NCBI GenBank assembly: GCA_965218935.1 | Contig: CBDCMH010000004.1 | Span: forward strand, 103,965-167,964 | Source: Acidobacteriota bacterium | GTDB lineage: Bacteria > Acidobacteriota > UBA6911 > RPQK01 > JADFOI01 | Length of the DNA: 64,000 bases | Direction: 5' to 3' | Shown: one piece after another, positions 47,163 through 57,006 of the stretch | Layout of the letters: each line of letters begins with the position of its first letter | How positions within the stretch are numbered: position 1 is the stretch's first letter | Notes under the pieces: model-generated | The model's input: only the letters and a program-made list of their open reading frames with translations | What the model was told of the DNA's origin: nothing | Database searches by the model: none | Program-made: the position numbers and the translations under genes

Positions 47163-48316
47163 AGGTTCTTCTGCAGGAACTGGAGGGGGAGCTGGAGAAG
47201 ATCCGGACCCAGAACCTCTACCGCCGGTTGGCCGATCCCCAAGGTCTCGACTTTTGCTCCAATGACTACTTGGGACTCTCCCAGGACCCCAAATTTCGAG
47301 CCGCTATCCTGGAGAAGCTCGAGGAAGCCACCGGGCTGGACTCGGTGTCCTCACCCGCCTCCAGGCTGCTGCGCGGGAATACCTCCCGGCATCGAGCCCT
47401 GGAGCAAAGACTCTCCCTTTATAAAGGGACGGAAGCGGCACTGATTTTCCCAACCGGATACCAGACCAACATCGGGGTGTTGACGGCGCTGATGGGGAGC
47501 CAGGATCGAGTTCTTTCCGATGCCCAAAACCATGCCAGCATTATCGACGGATTGCGTTTGAGTGGGTGTCAGAAGGTGGTTTTCCCCCACCTCGATGAAG
47601 AAGCTGTGGAAGACGCCCTGAGTCGGTCTCATCGGGAAGGAAAAACTTTTCTGGTTACCGAATCCCTTTTCAGTATGGACGGAGATGTCGCTCCCCTGGA
47701 AACCTATGCTGAACTGGTGGAGAAGCATGGGGCCTACTTAATTGTGGACGACGCCCATGCGGTGGGTGTTTTCGGCAATGAGAAGGGGTCGGGTCTGACC
47801 GAACGCTTCGGCGTAGAGAAACGGGCCCTGGCCATCGTGTCCACCTTCGGGAAAGCCTTTGGCCTCTTTGGTGCTTTTGTGGCGGGGCCTCAGATCGTCA
47901 TCGATTACCTGATCAACCGCTGCCGCCCATTCATATTCACCACGGCCGTCCCTCCTCTTCTTCTTTATGGCGTGGAGGCAGCTCTTGATCTGCTAGGTGC
48001 CGAGCCCGAGCGGCGAAAGCGCGTGTGTCTGCTGGCCGATCGGCTGCGCCAGCGGTTCGAAGAGACAGGGCTGGATACTCTAAAGAGCGCCGGCCCCATT
48101 GTCCCCGTAGTGTTGGGAGAAAGTGAGCGGGCACTGGCGGTGGCAGAACGGCTCCAGAAGAAAGGTTTTGACGTGCGTGCCATCCGCCCTCCCACCGTAG
48201 CCCCGGGCACCTCCCGGCTGAGAATCTCTGTCCATGCCGATCACACAGATCAGCAAATAGACCAGTTGGCCCAAGCCGTGGTGGAGGCGATCAAGAGCAC
48301 TAAGGGTCGGCAATGA
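47159..48316 (+). CDS. bioF: 8-amino-7-oxononanoate synthase
   Basis: PLP-dependent alpha-oxoamine synthase. Lysine motif STFGKAFG, and [12 protein letters not shown]. 4-bp overlap with bioB. Confidence 0.85.
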   Translation: MKVLLQELEGELEKIRTQNLYRRLADPQGLDFCSNDYLGLSQDPKFRAAILEKLEEATGLDSVSSPASRLLRGNTSRHRALEQRLSLYKGTEAALIFPTGYQTNIGVLTALMGSQDRVLSDAQNHASIIDGLRLSGCQKVVFPHLDEEAVEDALSRSHREGKTFLVTESLFSMDGDVAPLETYAELVEKHGAYLIVDDAHAVGVFGNEKGSGLTERFGVEKRALAIVSTFGKAFGLFGAFVAGPQIVIDYLINRCRPFIFTTAVPPLLLYGVEAALDLLGAEPERRKRVCLLADRLRQRFEETGLDTLKSAGPIVPVVLGESERALAVAERLQKKGFDVRAIRPPTVAPGTSRLRISVHADHTDQQIDQLAQAVVEAIKSTKGRQ

Positions 48317-48999
48317 GCCTGGTCGTTGTGGGAACGGGAACCGAAATCGGCAAAACCATCACCTGTGCGGTGTTGTTGTCTCGTTACGCCGGGATTTCCA
48401 AGCTAGCCTATTGGAAGCCCATTGCCACCGGTTCGGCCGAGCCCAGAGACACCCAGGTGATCGAGCGCCTGTGTGGCCCTGAGGTGGAGATCCTTCAAGA
48501 GCTCTACCTTTTTGAACCGCCTGTCTCCCCTCATCTGGCCGCTCGACTGGCCAATAAAAAGATCCATCCAGAAAGAGTGTTGAAAGCACTGGAGACCTAC
48601 CAGCAGGAAGATAGCAAACGCACTTTGATCATCGAGGGCATTGGAGGTTTACTGGTACCCTTAACCGAAGACGGTTATCTGCTGGCAACTCTTCTCAAAG
48701 AGATGGCCCTTCCCTGTCTGCTGGTGGCCTCCAGTATCCTGGGAACGATTAATCACACCCTTCTGACCCTTGAGGCCATGCGCTCCCGAAACTTGAAGGT
48801 GGTGGGAGTGGTGCTTAATGGACCGCCGAATCACGAGAATCGCCTGGCCATCGAAGAATTCGGAAGCGTCCAGGTCATTAGCGAAATTGAGCCCATCGGG
48901 TCATTATCATCGAAAAGCGTGCTTCAGATCTCCCGTGGATTCGACCGCAAGGCTTTGCTAGAGTCGTATTTGCAAAAGGTGGGGGAATCCGGAGACTAA
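48313..48999 (+). CDS. bioD: Dethiobiotin synthetase
   Basis: P-loop GTGTEIGKT at the N-terminus, 228 aa. Overlaps bioF and bioA. Confidence 0.85.
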   Translation: MSLVVVGTGTEIGKTITCAVLLSRYAGISKLAYWKPIATGSAEPRDTQVIERLCGPEVEILQELYLFEPPVSPHLAARLANKKIHPERVLKALETYQQEDSKRTLIIEGIGGLLVPLTEDGYLLATLLKEMALPCLLVASSILGTINHTLLTLEAMRSRNLKVVGVVLNGPPNHENRLAIEEFGSVQVISEIEPIGSLSSKSVLQISRGFDRKALLESYLQKVGESGD

Positions 49000-50351
49000 T
49001 GGGTGAAATGAGTTCACAGGAAACTGACTCAAAAGACCTGAGTGCTCTCTGGGTGGAGCAGGACCGGCGCTATGTTTGGCATCCTTACACTCAAATGCTC
49101 ACCGCGCCCAAGGCCATCCCGGTCGAAAGGGCAGAAGGGGTTTACCTTTACACTTCCGACGGGCAGCGGATCCTGGATGGTATCTCTTCCTGGTGGGTCA
49201 ACATTCATGGCCACAATCATCCCCGTTTGAATCGGGCTTTGCAGGAACAGGCTGACCGTTTCGCCCAAGTGATCTTCGCCGGCTTCACTCACGAACCGGC
49301 CGTGCGCCTGGCCGCCGAGCTGGTCCAGCGAACAGCCCCCAGTCTGACCCGCGTCTTCTTCTCCGACGATGGTTCCACGGCAGTAGAAGTGGCACTGAAG
49401 ATGGCCTATCAGTGCTGGAGGAACCGAGGTGAATCCAAGAGAAATCTCTTTGTGGCCTTCGAGCACGCCTACCACGGAGATACCTTTGGAGCCATGGCAG
49501 CGGGCGGCGTCGAGGTCTTTCACTCAGAATACAGCGGCCTCTTCTTTGAAGTTCGGCGGGCCCGGGTACCCGGTGGTTCCCAGCCCAGGGGAGCAGATTC
49601 CCAAGAAAAGTCTCAGCCAGCGGCTGAAGAGCTGGAGGAGATCCTTGAAGAGGAGGGGCCCCGGGTGGCAGCCGTGATCATGGAACCGATGGTTCAGGCC
49701 GCCGGTGGGATGATCGTGTGGCCGATCGATTTTTTGCGCCATGTACGAGAGGTGACGCAACACCACGGCATCCCGCTCATCGCCGATGAAGTGTTCACGG
49801 GATTTGGACGAACCGGAAAGATGTTCGCCTGCCAACACGGTCCTATTGAACCCGACATCCTGTGCCTTTCCAAAGCCTTAACGGGTGGATATCTGCCCCT
49901 GGCAGCTACCCTGGCCAGTGAAGAGATCTATCAATCCTTTTTGAGCGAGGACCGGCGGAAAACCTTTTTTCACGGCCACTCTTATACCGGCAACGCCCTG
50001 GCTTGCGCAGTGGCATTGGAAAGTCTGGCCGTCCTGGAGGAAACAAAAAGTCTTGATCGGGTCATGGAATTGGAGGGGCTCTTCATCGAGCGGTTGGAGC
50101 CGCTGCAATCTCTTCCAGTCGTGGAGGAAGTTCGGGGGATGGGGGCACTCGGAGTCGTGGAACTGTCGACCCAGAGGGAAAGTGGGTACCTGGACGAGAG
50201 GGGCCCGAGGTTGGCTCAAGCTTTTCTGGAACGAGGAATTCTCCTGCGTCCTCTTGGAAATGTCCTCTATTTTCTCCCTCCCTATGTGATCACGGATGAA
50301 GAAGTCCACTCGGTTTTCGATGCCATTGAAGAGGTTCTGGGGGATTCGTGA
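48999..50351 (+). CDS. bioA: Adenosylmethionine-8-amino-7-oxononanoate aminotransferase
   Basis: Class-III aminotransferase. IADEVFTGFGRTGKMFA carries the PLP-lysine region; WHPYTQM N-terminus. 450 aa. Confidence 0.85.
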   Translation: MGEMSSQETDSKDLSALWVEQDRRYVWHPYTQMLTAPKAIPVERAEGVYLYTSDGQRILDGISSWWVNIHGHNHPRLNRALQEQADRFAQVIFAGFTHEPAVRLAAELVQRTAPSLTRVFFSDDGSTAVEVALKMAYQCWRNRGESKRNLFVAFEHAYHGDTFGAMAAGGVEVFHSEYSGLFFEVRRARVPGGSQPRGADSQEKSQPAAEELEEILEEEGPRVAAVIMEPMVQAAGGMIVWPIDFLRHVREVTQHHGIPLIADEVFTGFGRTGKMFACQHGPIEPDILCLSKALTGGYLPLAATLASEEIYQSFLSEDRRKTFFHGHSYTGNALACAVALESLAVLEETKSLDRVMELEGLFIERLEPLQSLPVVEEVRGMGALGVVELSTQRESGYLDERGPRLAQAFLERGILLRPLGNVLYFLPPYVITDEEVHSVFDAIEEVLGDS

Positions 50352-50380
50352 GCGTGCCAGAACCTGACCAGCTGACCACA

Positions 50381-50430
50381 GCCGGCAGACCCGGCTGAAA
50401 TCCCAAATTCAAACCTGGAAGCGTTCGAAG
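50381..50430. repeat. Family-3 element: CAGCCGG-CAGA-CCGGCTG hairpin followed by CAAATTCAAAC AT-rich tail
   Basis: gctgaccaCAGCCGGcagacCCGGCTGaaatcccaaattcaaacctgg lies 30 nt after the bioA stop. Similar units at 62437 and partially at 53120; related AT-rich motif at 44369. Confidence 0.65.
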
Positions 50431-50484
50431 CAGGCTTTCTTTCTTTCTATTTCTATTTTCTGCGAGCAGAGCGAGCGCGGGCAC

Positions 50485-50542
50485 TTGACACTTCAAGGCG
50501 TAGCGCTATACTTCGAATTGAAATTGGTTTTCAATTTCAATT
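50485..50542 (+). promoter_or_regulatory. Near-consensus sigma70-type promoter (TTGACA-16-TATACT) followed by a 12-bp-arm palindromic operator candidate
   Basis: TTGACA at 50485-50490, 16-nt spacer, TATACT at 50507-50512. Immediately downstream is cGAATTGAAATTGgttttCAATTTCAATTag (50512-50542). RBS agggagg and GTG/ATG start of the TonB receptor follow. Confidence 0.5.
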
Positions 50543-50548
50543 AGGGAG

Positions 50549-53050
50549 GTGAACGATGACATCAGCGAGGTACAGAGGGTTTCTCTTGTGATCTTCTGTT
50601 TCCTGATTTTATCCTTAATCGCACCCACTGCCGAAGCCTCATCCCTCGATGGCAACGGTTCCATTGCAGGGCGAGTCCTCGACTCGGGAGGCGGAATCAT
50701 CCAGCAAGTCACGGTCACCTTGAGAAACCAGGAGACGGGCGTAGAACAAAGCACGAGCACCGATCCAGTGGGCGCTTTTCGATTTGAGGACCTGCCCTCT
50801 GCTCCCTACTATCTGAGTACCGAAAAGAAAAACTTTCAGAGCGCCGTCCAGGAGATTCTGTTATCTCCCAGCCAGAACCCTACGATTGATCTCACCTTGA
50901 AGATTGATTCACAAGCGATTATCCGAGAGCGGGTGATGGTGATCGGGGAAGCCTCCGGGGTGGGCGAGATACCCGGTTCCGCCCATTACATCAACCAGGA
51001 ACAATTGGAGAGTCAGCAACTGGCTTACGATGACATCCATCAGATCCTGCACCAGGTTCCGGGCGTGAACATCCAGGAAGAAGACGGCTATGGTCTTCGT
51101 CCCAATATTGGCATGAGGGGAACAGGCGCTGAGCGAAGCTCCAAGATCACACTCATGGAGGACGGAGTTCTTATCGCCCCCGCCCCTTACGCCGCACCTG
51201 CAGCCTACTACTTCCCGGTCACAGGACGCATGGATGCCATTGAGGTACGCAAGGGCTCCAGTCAGATCAAGTATGGTCCGAGAACCAATGGGGGTGCTCT
51301 CAATCTGATTTCCACCGGCATACCCGGAGACTTTAGCCTCAACGGTGATTTGGCCCTGGGGGTCGACAACTCCCGAAAGCTTCATCTGAACCTGGGCGAC
51401 TCCTACAAGCATTTGGCCTGGGTTGCAGAAACCTACCAGATGGCCACCAACGGATTTAAAGAACTCGATGACGGAGGCAATACGGGTTTTGACATCAACG
51501 ATTACCTGGCCAAGTTCCGATTCCACAGCGATGGCAGTGCCCGCATTTACCAGGAACTGGAGATCAAGCTGGGCAAGACCCAACAGCTCTCGGATGAGAC
51601 CTACCTGGGCCTGACGGATACCGACTTCGAAGACAACCCATTGCGACGCTATCGGGGATCACAGCAGGACGTCTTTCAATCGGATCACGAGCAATACCAG
51701 GCCCGTTACTTCATCGTGCCGGCAAGCAACGTTGACGTGACAGCCATCCTTTACCGAAACAACTTTCAGCGCAACTGGTACAAGCTGCAGAGCGTGTCGG
51801 GAACAGACATCACCCACATCTTTGATGATCCGGAGGCCCATTCAGCTGAACTGGCCATGGCCAAGGGCGCCGACAGCGATCCTGATGCCCTGGCCGTGCG
51901 GGCCAACAATCGCGAGTATTATTCACAGGGAATTCAGACCATCCTGGGATGGCAGAGGGACCGGGGAGATACCCAGAACAGGTTCGAGCTTGGCTTTCGC
52001 TATCACAAGGATGAGGAAGACCGGTTTCAGCATGAAGACGGATTCCAGATGCGAAGCGGCGCTATGGTCCTGACCACCAGAGGAGCTCCCGGCAGCCAAT
52101 CCAACCGTATCAGCGGCGCCACGGCCTGGGCTCTTTTCATCCAGGACAAGATTGAGCGAGGGAAATGGACTCTCAGTCCCGGTTTAAGGTACGAGAACAT
52201 CGATCTTTCCAGGACCGACTTTTCTACAAGTGATCCGGAGCGGCTGTCGCCCACCGGAATCCGCAGAAGCAGCGTGGAGGTCTTTGTTCCCGGTTTCGGC
52301 GTCAATTTCCAGGTCACTCCAGCCTTGAGTCTCTTCGGCGGGCTCCATAAGGGCTTCGCTCCACCGGGGCCGGGTTCCAGCCAAGAGACCAAGGCCGAGG
52401 AAAGTCTGAATTATGAATTCGGACTACGCATACACAGTCGACCTCTCAGCTTGGAGGTAGCGGCTTTCGTCAACGACTACGACAATTTGCTGGGTGCCGA
52501 TACGCTGGCTGCTGGAGGTAGCGGCGAGGGGGATCTTTTCAATGGTGGCGAAGTCCTGGTCATGGGACTGGAGGCATCCGGATCTTCTGACTTGGGTGAG
52601 AGGTTCGGTTTGAGCTTCCGCGTTCCTGCCCATTTTGCCTACACCTTCACCCATGGCGAGTTTAGGAACAGCTTTGAGAGTGACTTCGAACCCTGGGACA
52701 GGGTGATGGTCGGAGACGAACTCCCTTATCTTCCCAGGCATCAGTTCAATGCCCGTCTCGGTTTGGAAAAAGCGCGCTGGCGGCTCACCGTGGAGGCCAA
52801 TGCCATCAGCCAGATGCGCACCAGGGCCGGCCAAGGTCCGATTCCCCGCTTGGAAGCCACCCATAGCTATCTCGTCTCCAACCTCTCCGGTGAATACGAC
52901 TTGACGGTCGAGAAGAGGGGCGTCTCTCTTTTCCTTTCCGTACGCAACCTGACCGATCAGGCCTACATCGTGGCTCGCCGTCCCGCCGGGGCCCGTCCTG
53001 GATTGCCGCGCACCTTTATGGGCGGCGTCAAATTTCGATTGGGGCACTGA
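50549..53050 (+). CDS. TonB-dependent receptor with N-terminal CarbopepD_reg-like domain
   Basis: 833 aa. Signal peptide, then IAGRVLDSGGGIIQQVTVTLRNQETGVEQSTSTDPVGAFRFEDLPSAPYYLSTEKKNFQS (CarbopepD_reg), then plug and barrel. The true start is probably a few codons downstream (…VIFCFLILSLIAPTAEA). Confidence 0.8.
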   Translation: MNDDISEVQRVSLVIFCFLILSLIAPTAEASSLDGNGSIAGRVLDSGGGIIQQVTVTLRNQETGVEQSTSTDPVGAFRFEDLPSAPYYLSTEKKNFQSAVQEILLSPSQNPTIDLTLKIDSQAIIRERVMVIGEASGVGEIPGSAHYINQEQLESQQLAYDDIHQILHQVPGVNIQEEDGYGLRPNIGMRGTGAERSSKITLMEDGVLIAPAPYAAPAAYYFPVTGRMDAIEVRKGSSQIKYGPRTNGGALNLISTGIPGDFSLNGDLALGVDNSRKLHLNLGDSYKHLAWVAETYQMATNGFKELDDGGNTGFDINDYLAKFRFHSDGSARIYQELEIKLGKTQQLSDETYLGLTDTDFEDNPLRRYRGSQQDVFQSDHEQYQARYFIVPASNVDVTAILYRNNFQRNWYKLQSVSGTDITHIFDDPEAHSAELAMAKGADSDPDALAVRANNREYYSQGIQTILGWQRDRGDTQNRFELGFRYHKDEEDRFQHEDGFQMRSGAMVLTTRGAPGSQSNRISGATAWALFIQDKIERGKWTLSPGLRYENIDLSRTDFSTSDPERLSPTGIRRSSVEVFVPGFGVNFQVTPALSLFGGLHKGFAPPGPGSSQETKAEESLNYEFGLRIHSRPLSLEVAAFVNDYDNLLGADTLAAGGSGEGDLFNGGEVLVMGLEASGSSDLGERFGLSFRVPAHFAYTFTHGEFRNSFESDFEPWDRVMVGDELPYLPRHQFNARLGLEKARWRLTVEANAISQMRTRAGQGPIPRLEATHSYLVSNLSGEYDLTVEKRGVSLFLSVRNLTDQAYIVARRPAGARPGLPRTFMGGVKFRLGH

Positions 53051-53077
53051 CCGCTGACAAGCTGACAGCCGTCAGCG
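53050..53077 (+). terminator. Stem-loop immediately after the TonB receptor stop
   Basis: CCGCTGACaagctgacagccGTCAGCGG (8-bp stem), followed by an A-rich rather than T-rich tract, so intrinsic-terminator function is uncertain. Confidence 0.35.
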
Positions 53078-53228
53078 GAAATTCAAAATTCAAAACCAAT
53101 TCCAAATCGAACTTGAAACTGGGAACCACAGCCGGCAGATCGCAAACCGCAGACCCCAGACCAACGAACACCTGACAGTTGACAAATCCCCGCCTTCTTT
53201 TCCAAAAGGACGACAGCACGAACTAAAC

Positions 53229-54599
53229 TCAGTTTTGAGCCGCCAAGAGACTTGTGGGAATGACACCGTCGGGTGCCTCGAAGGGGATTTCCAATAGTTC
53301 GGAAATCAATGGGGCCAGATCTGCCATTCCCATGCTGGAGACGATTGCACCGGAGCGAAAACCTATTCCCCAGCCGACAAATCCCGTGTGAACCTGGGGG
53401 AGGTCCGGAAAGTGCCCGTGGTTTCCTCCTTCTGCCTCTCTTACGGCGGGGGGCCTGAAAGAGGCGCTAAAACTGGTGCCGGGAAGTGCCGACAGGGCCA
53501 AGGGAACCGCCGGGTCGGCACCGATACGATCCAGTTCGTCGCGCTCAATCATCCGGAACAGACGCTGGGTGTCGCCGGGCAATCGGGCCAAGAGAGCCCG
53601 CACTTCCGAGACAGCTTCTTGATCTTCAGGATCGCGCAGATGCAGGAAAACTGAGCCGCCCGTCCTGTGAAAAGCAGCACGCCAATCACCTCGATCGCGC
53701 TGCGCCTCCATCATTCCAGCCTCAACCAGCCAGACGTTGGGCGCCACCAGCGTATCGACGTCCACAAATCCATGATCTCCTGTCACGATAAACGCAGTTC
53801 GGCTCTGGATGCCGGACCGTTGGGCTGCTTCCACAACATATCGGACCGCTCGGTCCACTGTAGCGACAGCACGCCGGACCATGGGAGCATCACGTCCAGA
53901 TTCGTGCTGGAAGTGATCCACCGCAATCAGGTGCACCGTCAACAGGGCGGGACGATATTGCTCCAGCAAATACGCGGCAGCGACTCCAATGCGATCATCC
54001 CGCAGCAGCCGATCTTCGAAGTCCGAATCCGTGAACGGGCCAGTCGCCTCTCGCTCCACTTCTGCAAAGAGTTCAAGGGGCCGGGTAGCCGATCGGATGG
54101 CGTCAAGCGCAGGAACATCCCGTTCCAGAGACCAAAACTCCGGGATATTCCAAGCGATGGGTGCACCGACGCTGACCGGCCACCCAAGGCTGGCGCTCTT
54201 GAGGCCAGCTTCTCGTACAGCATCCCAGAGAGTAGGCACACGGATGGCCGACGCGTGCCAATACCAGCGTCCGGTTTGTCCTTCCGGTTCAAAGGGCGTG
54301 TTGTAGTAGATGCCGTGTCTTCTGGGGATGGCACCGGTGATCATCGTGGTATGGGAAGGATAGGTCACGGAGGGAAAGACTCCTCGTACTGCCCTGGCTT
54401 GAGCCCCCTCCTGAGCCAACTGCTGAATCATTGGAGCCGGCCAGGTTGTGTCCTGATAGAAGTCTGGTCGAAATCCGTCGATGGAAATGAGAACAACATG
54501 GTCTGGATGCCGGCTGTCGGCACAGGCCAGCGAAAGCACCAGGCCGAAGAGCACCCCTGTAATCCTGGCGACGAGGGACAAGTTTTCGAAGCACCTCAA
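53229..54599 (-). CDS. Alkaline-phosphatase-superfamily nucleotide pyrophosphatase/phosphodiesterase (ENPP-like), secreted
   Basis: HVVLISIDGFRPDFY...FPSVTYPSHTTMITG matches the type-I phosphodiesterase/nucleotide pyrophosphatase metal-ligand pattern. 456 aa with a signal peptide. Confidence 0.75.
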   Translation of the reverse strand: MRCFENLSLVARITGVLFGLVLSLACADSRHPDHVVLISIDGFRPDFYQDTTWPAPMIQQLAQEGAQARAVRGVFPSVTYPSHTTMITGAIPRRHGIYYNTPFEPEGQTGRWYWHASAIRVPTLWDAVREAGLKSASLGWPVSVGAPIAWNIPEFWSLERDVPALDAIRSATRPLELFAEVEREATGPFTDSDFEDRLLRDDRIGVAAAYLLEQYRPALLTVHLIAVDHFQHESGRDAPMVRRAVATVDRAVRYVVEAAQRSGIQSRTAFIVTGDHGFVDVDTLVAPNVWLVEAGMMEAQRDRGDWRAAFHRTGGSVFLHLRDPEDQEAVSEVRALLARLPGDTQRLFRMIERDELDRIGADPAVPLALSALPGTSFSASFRPPAVREAEGGNHGHFPDLPQVHTGFVGWGIGFRSGAIVSSMGMADLAPLISELLEIPFEAPDGVIPTSLLAAQN

Positions 54600-54942
54600 T
54601 CCTATGAGTCTCCTCCTGATTCCATCAACTCGTGCAAGAACTTAGCACACCTGAAACCCTAGTGTCTCGTCACCAAGTGACGAAAGCACTGACCTGCTCC
54701 TGGAAGGACGTTGAGTCGCTGCGCTAGGGTTGTTACAAATATCCTTGTCGTTCTCTCAGGTTCTCTGTAATAATGGAGCGACGTTACTTGCTCTTACCCT
54801 TTGAAGGAGGTTTCGGTGCTAGAACCCTACACCGCTTTGCGCCTTCCGAGCACTAGTTTTTGTGTTCGGACTCAGGAAGATATTCAGAAGAATTTGGATC
54901 TGATTTGTGCTTACATCTGCGGGCAGCTGAGGTACTGGACTT

Positions 54943-55284
54943 ATGAAATGGAACGAAGACTGGCTTAAGGCGAATCGACCATCTGCATCCCAACACCCCA
55001 AAAGATACACTTTTTGGCCCCGGGGTCGGGGCCGGCTGATTTTTGGGTATTTCATTTTCATCACCCTCTTGGATTACGTTGCTTTGACCCTCTTTGGCGG
55101 ACGACCCACTCTGATAGCGGGCATGCCCCTGCTGATCTGGATCACGGTGATTTTCGCTGCACTGACGATTGCCGGGATACTCGGATTCGATTCCCGGACA
55201 GGGAATCAGGACTCCCCTCCTGTGGAAACCATCCCACAGGCTGAGGAGAACGAGTTGAAGAGCAACCGTGAACTTCCCTCCTGA
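54943..55284 (+). CDS. DUF4212-like small membrane protein (accessory subunit of sodium:solute symporter)
   Basis: 113 aa, two TM helices (LIFGYFIFITLLDYVALTLFG; LLIWITVIFAALTIAGILGF). Overlaps the start of the downstream SSS transporter by 17 nt, as is typical for this pair. Confidence 0.6.
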   Translation: MKWNEDWLKANRPSASQHPKRYTFWPRGRGRLIFGYFIFITLLDYVALTLFGGRPTLIAGMPLLIWITVIFAALTIAGILGFDSRTGNQDSPPVETIPQAEENELKSNRELPS

Positions 55285-56797
55285 AATTCGCCAACTGGTC
55301 CTCTCCAACTACCCCTTGATTATCGCGACTCTGGTCGCCTACTTTGTCGTCTTTGCTCTCATTTCCTGGGCGGCAAAGCGAAAACTGGCCAAGGACGTGG
55401 GTGATTACGTGGTGGCCTCCCGGAATCTGGGATGGGTGGTGGTGACCTTCACCATGTATGCCTCGGTTCTCAGTGGAGTTGGGATGGCAGGAATACCCAG
55501 CACCATCTACACCATTGGCGTGCCCTTCGTCATTACCGCTCTGACGGGTATCACCATCTCAACAGCCCTCCTATGGTATTTCGGGCCCCGCATCTGGGTG
55601 CTGGGAAAGGAATATAGCTTTACCACACCGGGTGATTTGCTGGGAGAGTATTACCAAAGCGATATCGTCCGAATCTACACCGTGATCGCCAGCGTGCTTT
55701 ACAACATCGCTTATATTGTGGCCCAGCTTCTGGCTGGAGGGATCCTCCTGAGTGTTCTGTCCGGGAATGTCATTTCCTTGAGTGCAGGACTCTGGATGAT
55801 CACCATTATTGTGATGATCCATGTGGCGCTGGCAGGTCTGCGGGGTATTGCCTGGCTGGATTTTTTCAATGGCGCATTGATTCTCCTTTTGCTCTTTTTA
55901 TTCGGCGTGATCATCATGGCTGCCGCGGGAGGACCAGGCAATGTCGTGGCCGGACTGGGTGGAATCAGAGACAGGTTCATCGTCATTCCAGGAATGATCG
56001 GTATCTTTTCTCCATCCCGCATCTATGGGGTCGCGATCGGCTTGAGTATCGGAGCCATCGTTCTCTCCCCCTCAGCCTGGATCCGCATGTATTCTGCCCG
56101 CAGTCGATCACACTTTGCCAAGATCGGCGTTTTGATGCTTATCCTGTGGCTCATTTCCCACGTGATCGGGACCTACCTGATCGGGACCTATGGTCGAGTC
56201 CTGTTTCCCGATGCCGAAAATCCAGACTTCGTCTCTTCTCTTCTCGCCTTCGGGGTCCTGCCCGTCTTTATTGCCACGCTGTTCTTGATCGCGGTCCTGG
56301 CCGCGATTATATCTACCACCGACACTTATCTTCACACTCTGACGGCGACTGTTGTTCGAGACTGTGTCCGCACTCTGTTTTGGCCAAAGATGAGCGATGC
56401 TCAAGAATTCCGACTCAATCGTACCGTCGTCATTGGGGCTGCAGCGATCTGTATTATACTGGCTTTGCTGAATCCTGTTCTCATCACACCATTGGCCATC
56501 TTTGCAGGAGGGATTACGGTCCAGCTTCTCCCTCCGCTGGTGGGTGCCGTCACCTGGTCCCGCGCCTCGACAGAAGCTGCCCTGGTCGCTCCTGCCGTCG
56601 GCATCCTGTTGACTTTAAAGTGGGAGATGGGGATTTTTCCGGGGATTCTTCCCCCTCCGCTTGCGCCTGCGTTGCCTGGACTGGCGGTTGCATTCTTCAT
56701 CAACGTCTTCTTATTCATCGTGATCAGTTACCTCACCAAACCTCAGCCTCCCGAGCAGGTCGAAAAGTTCCACGGGCTCCTGGCAAAAAAATTGTAG
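55268..56797 (+). CDS. Sodium:solute symporter family (SSS) transporter
   Basis: 509 aa, ~13 TM segments. The N-terminal region ...DYVVASRNLGWVVVTFTMYASVLSGVGMAGIPSTIY is characteristic of SSF permeases. Confidence 0.8.
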   Translation: MNFPPEIRQLVLSNYPLIIATLVAYFVVFALISWAAKRKLAKDVGDYVVASRNLGWVVVTFTMYASVLSGVGMAGIPSTIYTIGVPFVITALTGITISTALLWYFGPRIWVLGKEYSFTTPGDLLGEYYQSDIVRIYTVIASVLYNIAYIVAQLLAGGILLSVLSGNVISLSAGLWMITIIVMIHVALAGLRGIAWLDFFNGALILLLLFLFGVIIMAAAGGPGNVVAGLGGIRDRFIVIPGMIGIFSPSRIYGVAIGLSIGAIVLSPSAWIRMYSARSRSHFAKIGVLMLILWLISHVIGTYLIGTYGRVLFPDAENPDFVSSLLAFGVLPVFIATLFLIAVLAAIISTTDTYLHTLTATVVRDCVRTLFWPKMSDAQEFRLNRTVVIGAAAICIILALLNPVLITPLAIFAGGITVQLLPPLVGAVTWSRASTEAALVAPAVGILLTLKWEMGIFPGILPPPLAPALPGLAVAFFINVFLFIVISYLTKPQPPEQVEKFHGLLAKKL

Positions 56798-56811
56798 CCA
56801 GCCGGTAAGAC

Positions 56812-56958
56812 TCCGGAACGTAGGAGACACCTGGTGTAGTGGCCGCTCTCAGAGCGGCCTTCTGGAATGTAGGAGGCACCTCAGGTGCCGAACGGCCACA
56901 AAACACCCCCGGATTTTCGGATTCGGCACCTGAGGTGCCTCCTACATTCCGGAGGTGT
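56812..56958. repeat. Compound REP-like cluster (family 1): degenerate copy, GGCCGCTC-TCAG-AGCGGCC hairpin, and an inverted pair of GGCACCTSAGGTGCC units
   Basis: ccggaacgtaggagacacctggtgt ... GGCCGCTCtcagAGCGGCC ... ggaatgtaggaGGCACCtcaGGTGCCgaa ... ggattcGGCACCtgaGGTGCCTCCTACATTCCGGagg. Located after the SSS stop and convergent with the PhoU-like gene. Confidence 0.75.
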
Positions 56959-57006
56959 CGGTGTGTAAAGAATGTCCTGGCACAACCCGTTAACGATATG
57001 CCGGGT

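Noticed and set aside
53667-54662. 331-aa plus-strand ORF
   Set aside because: Antisense to the ENPP-like phosphodiesterase gene.
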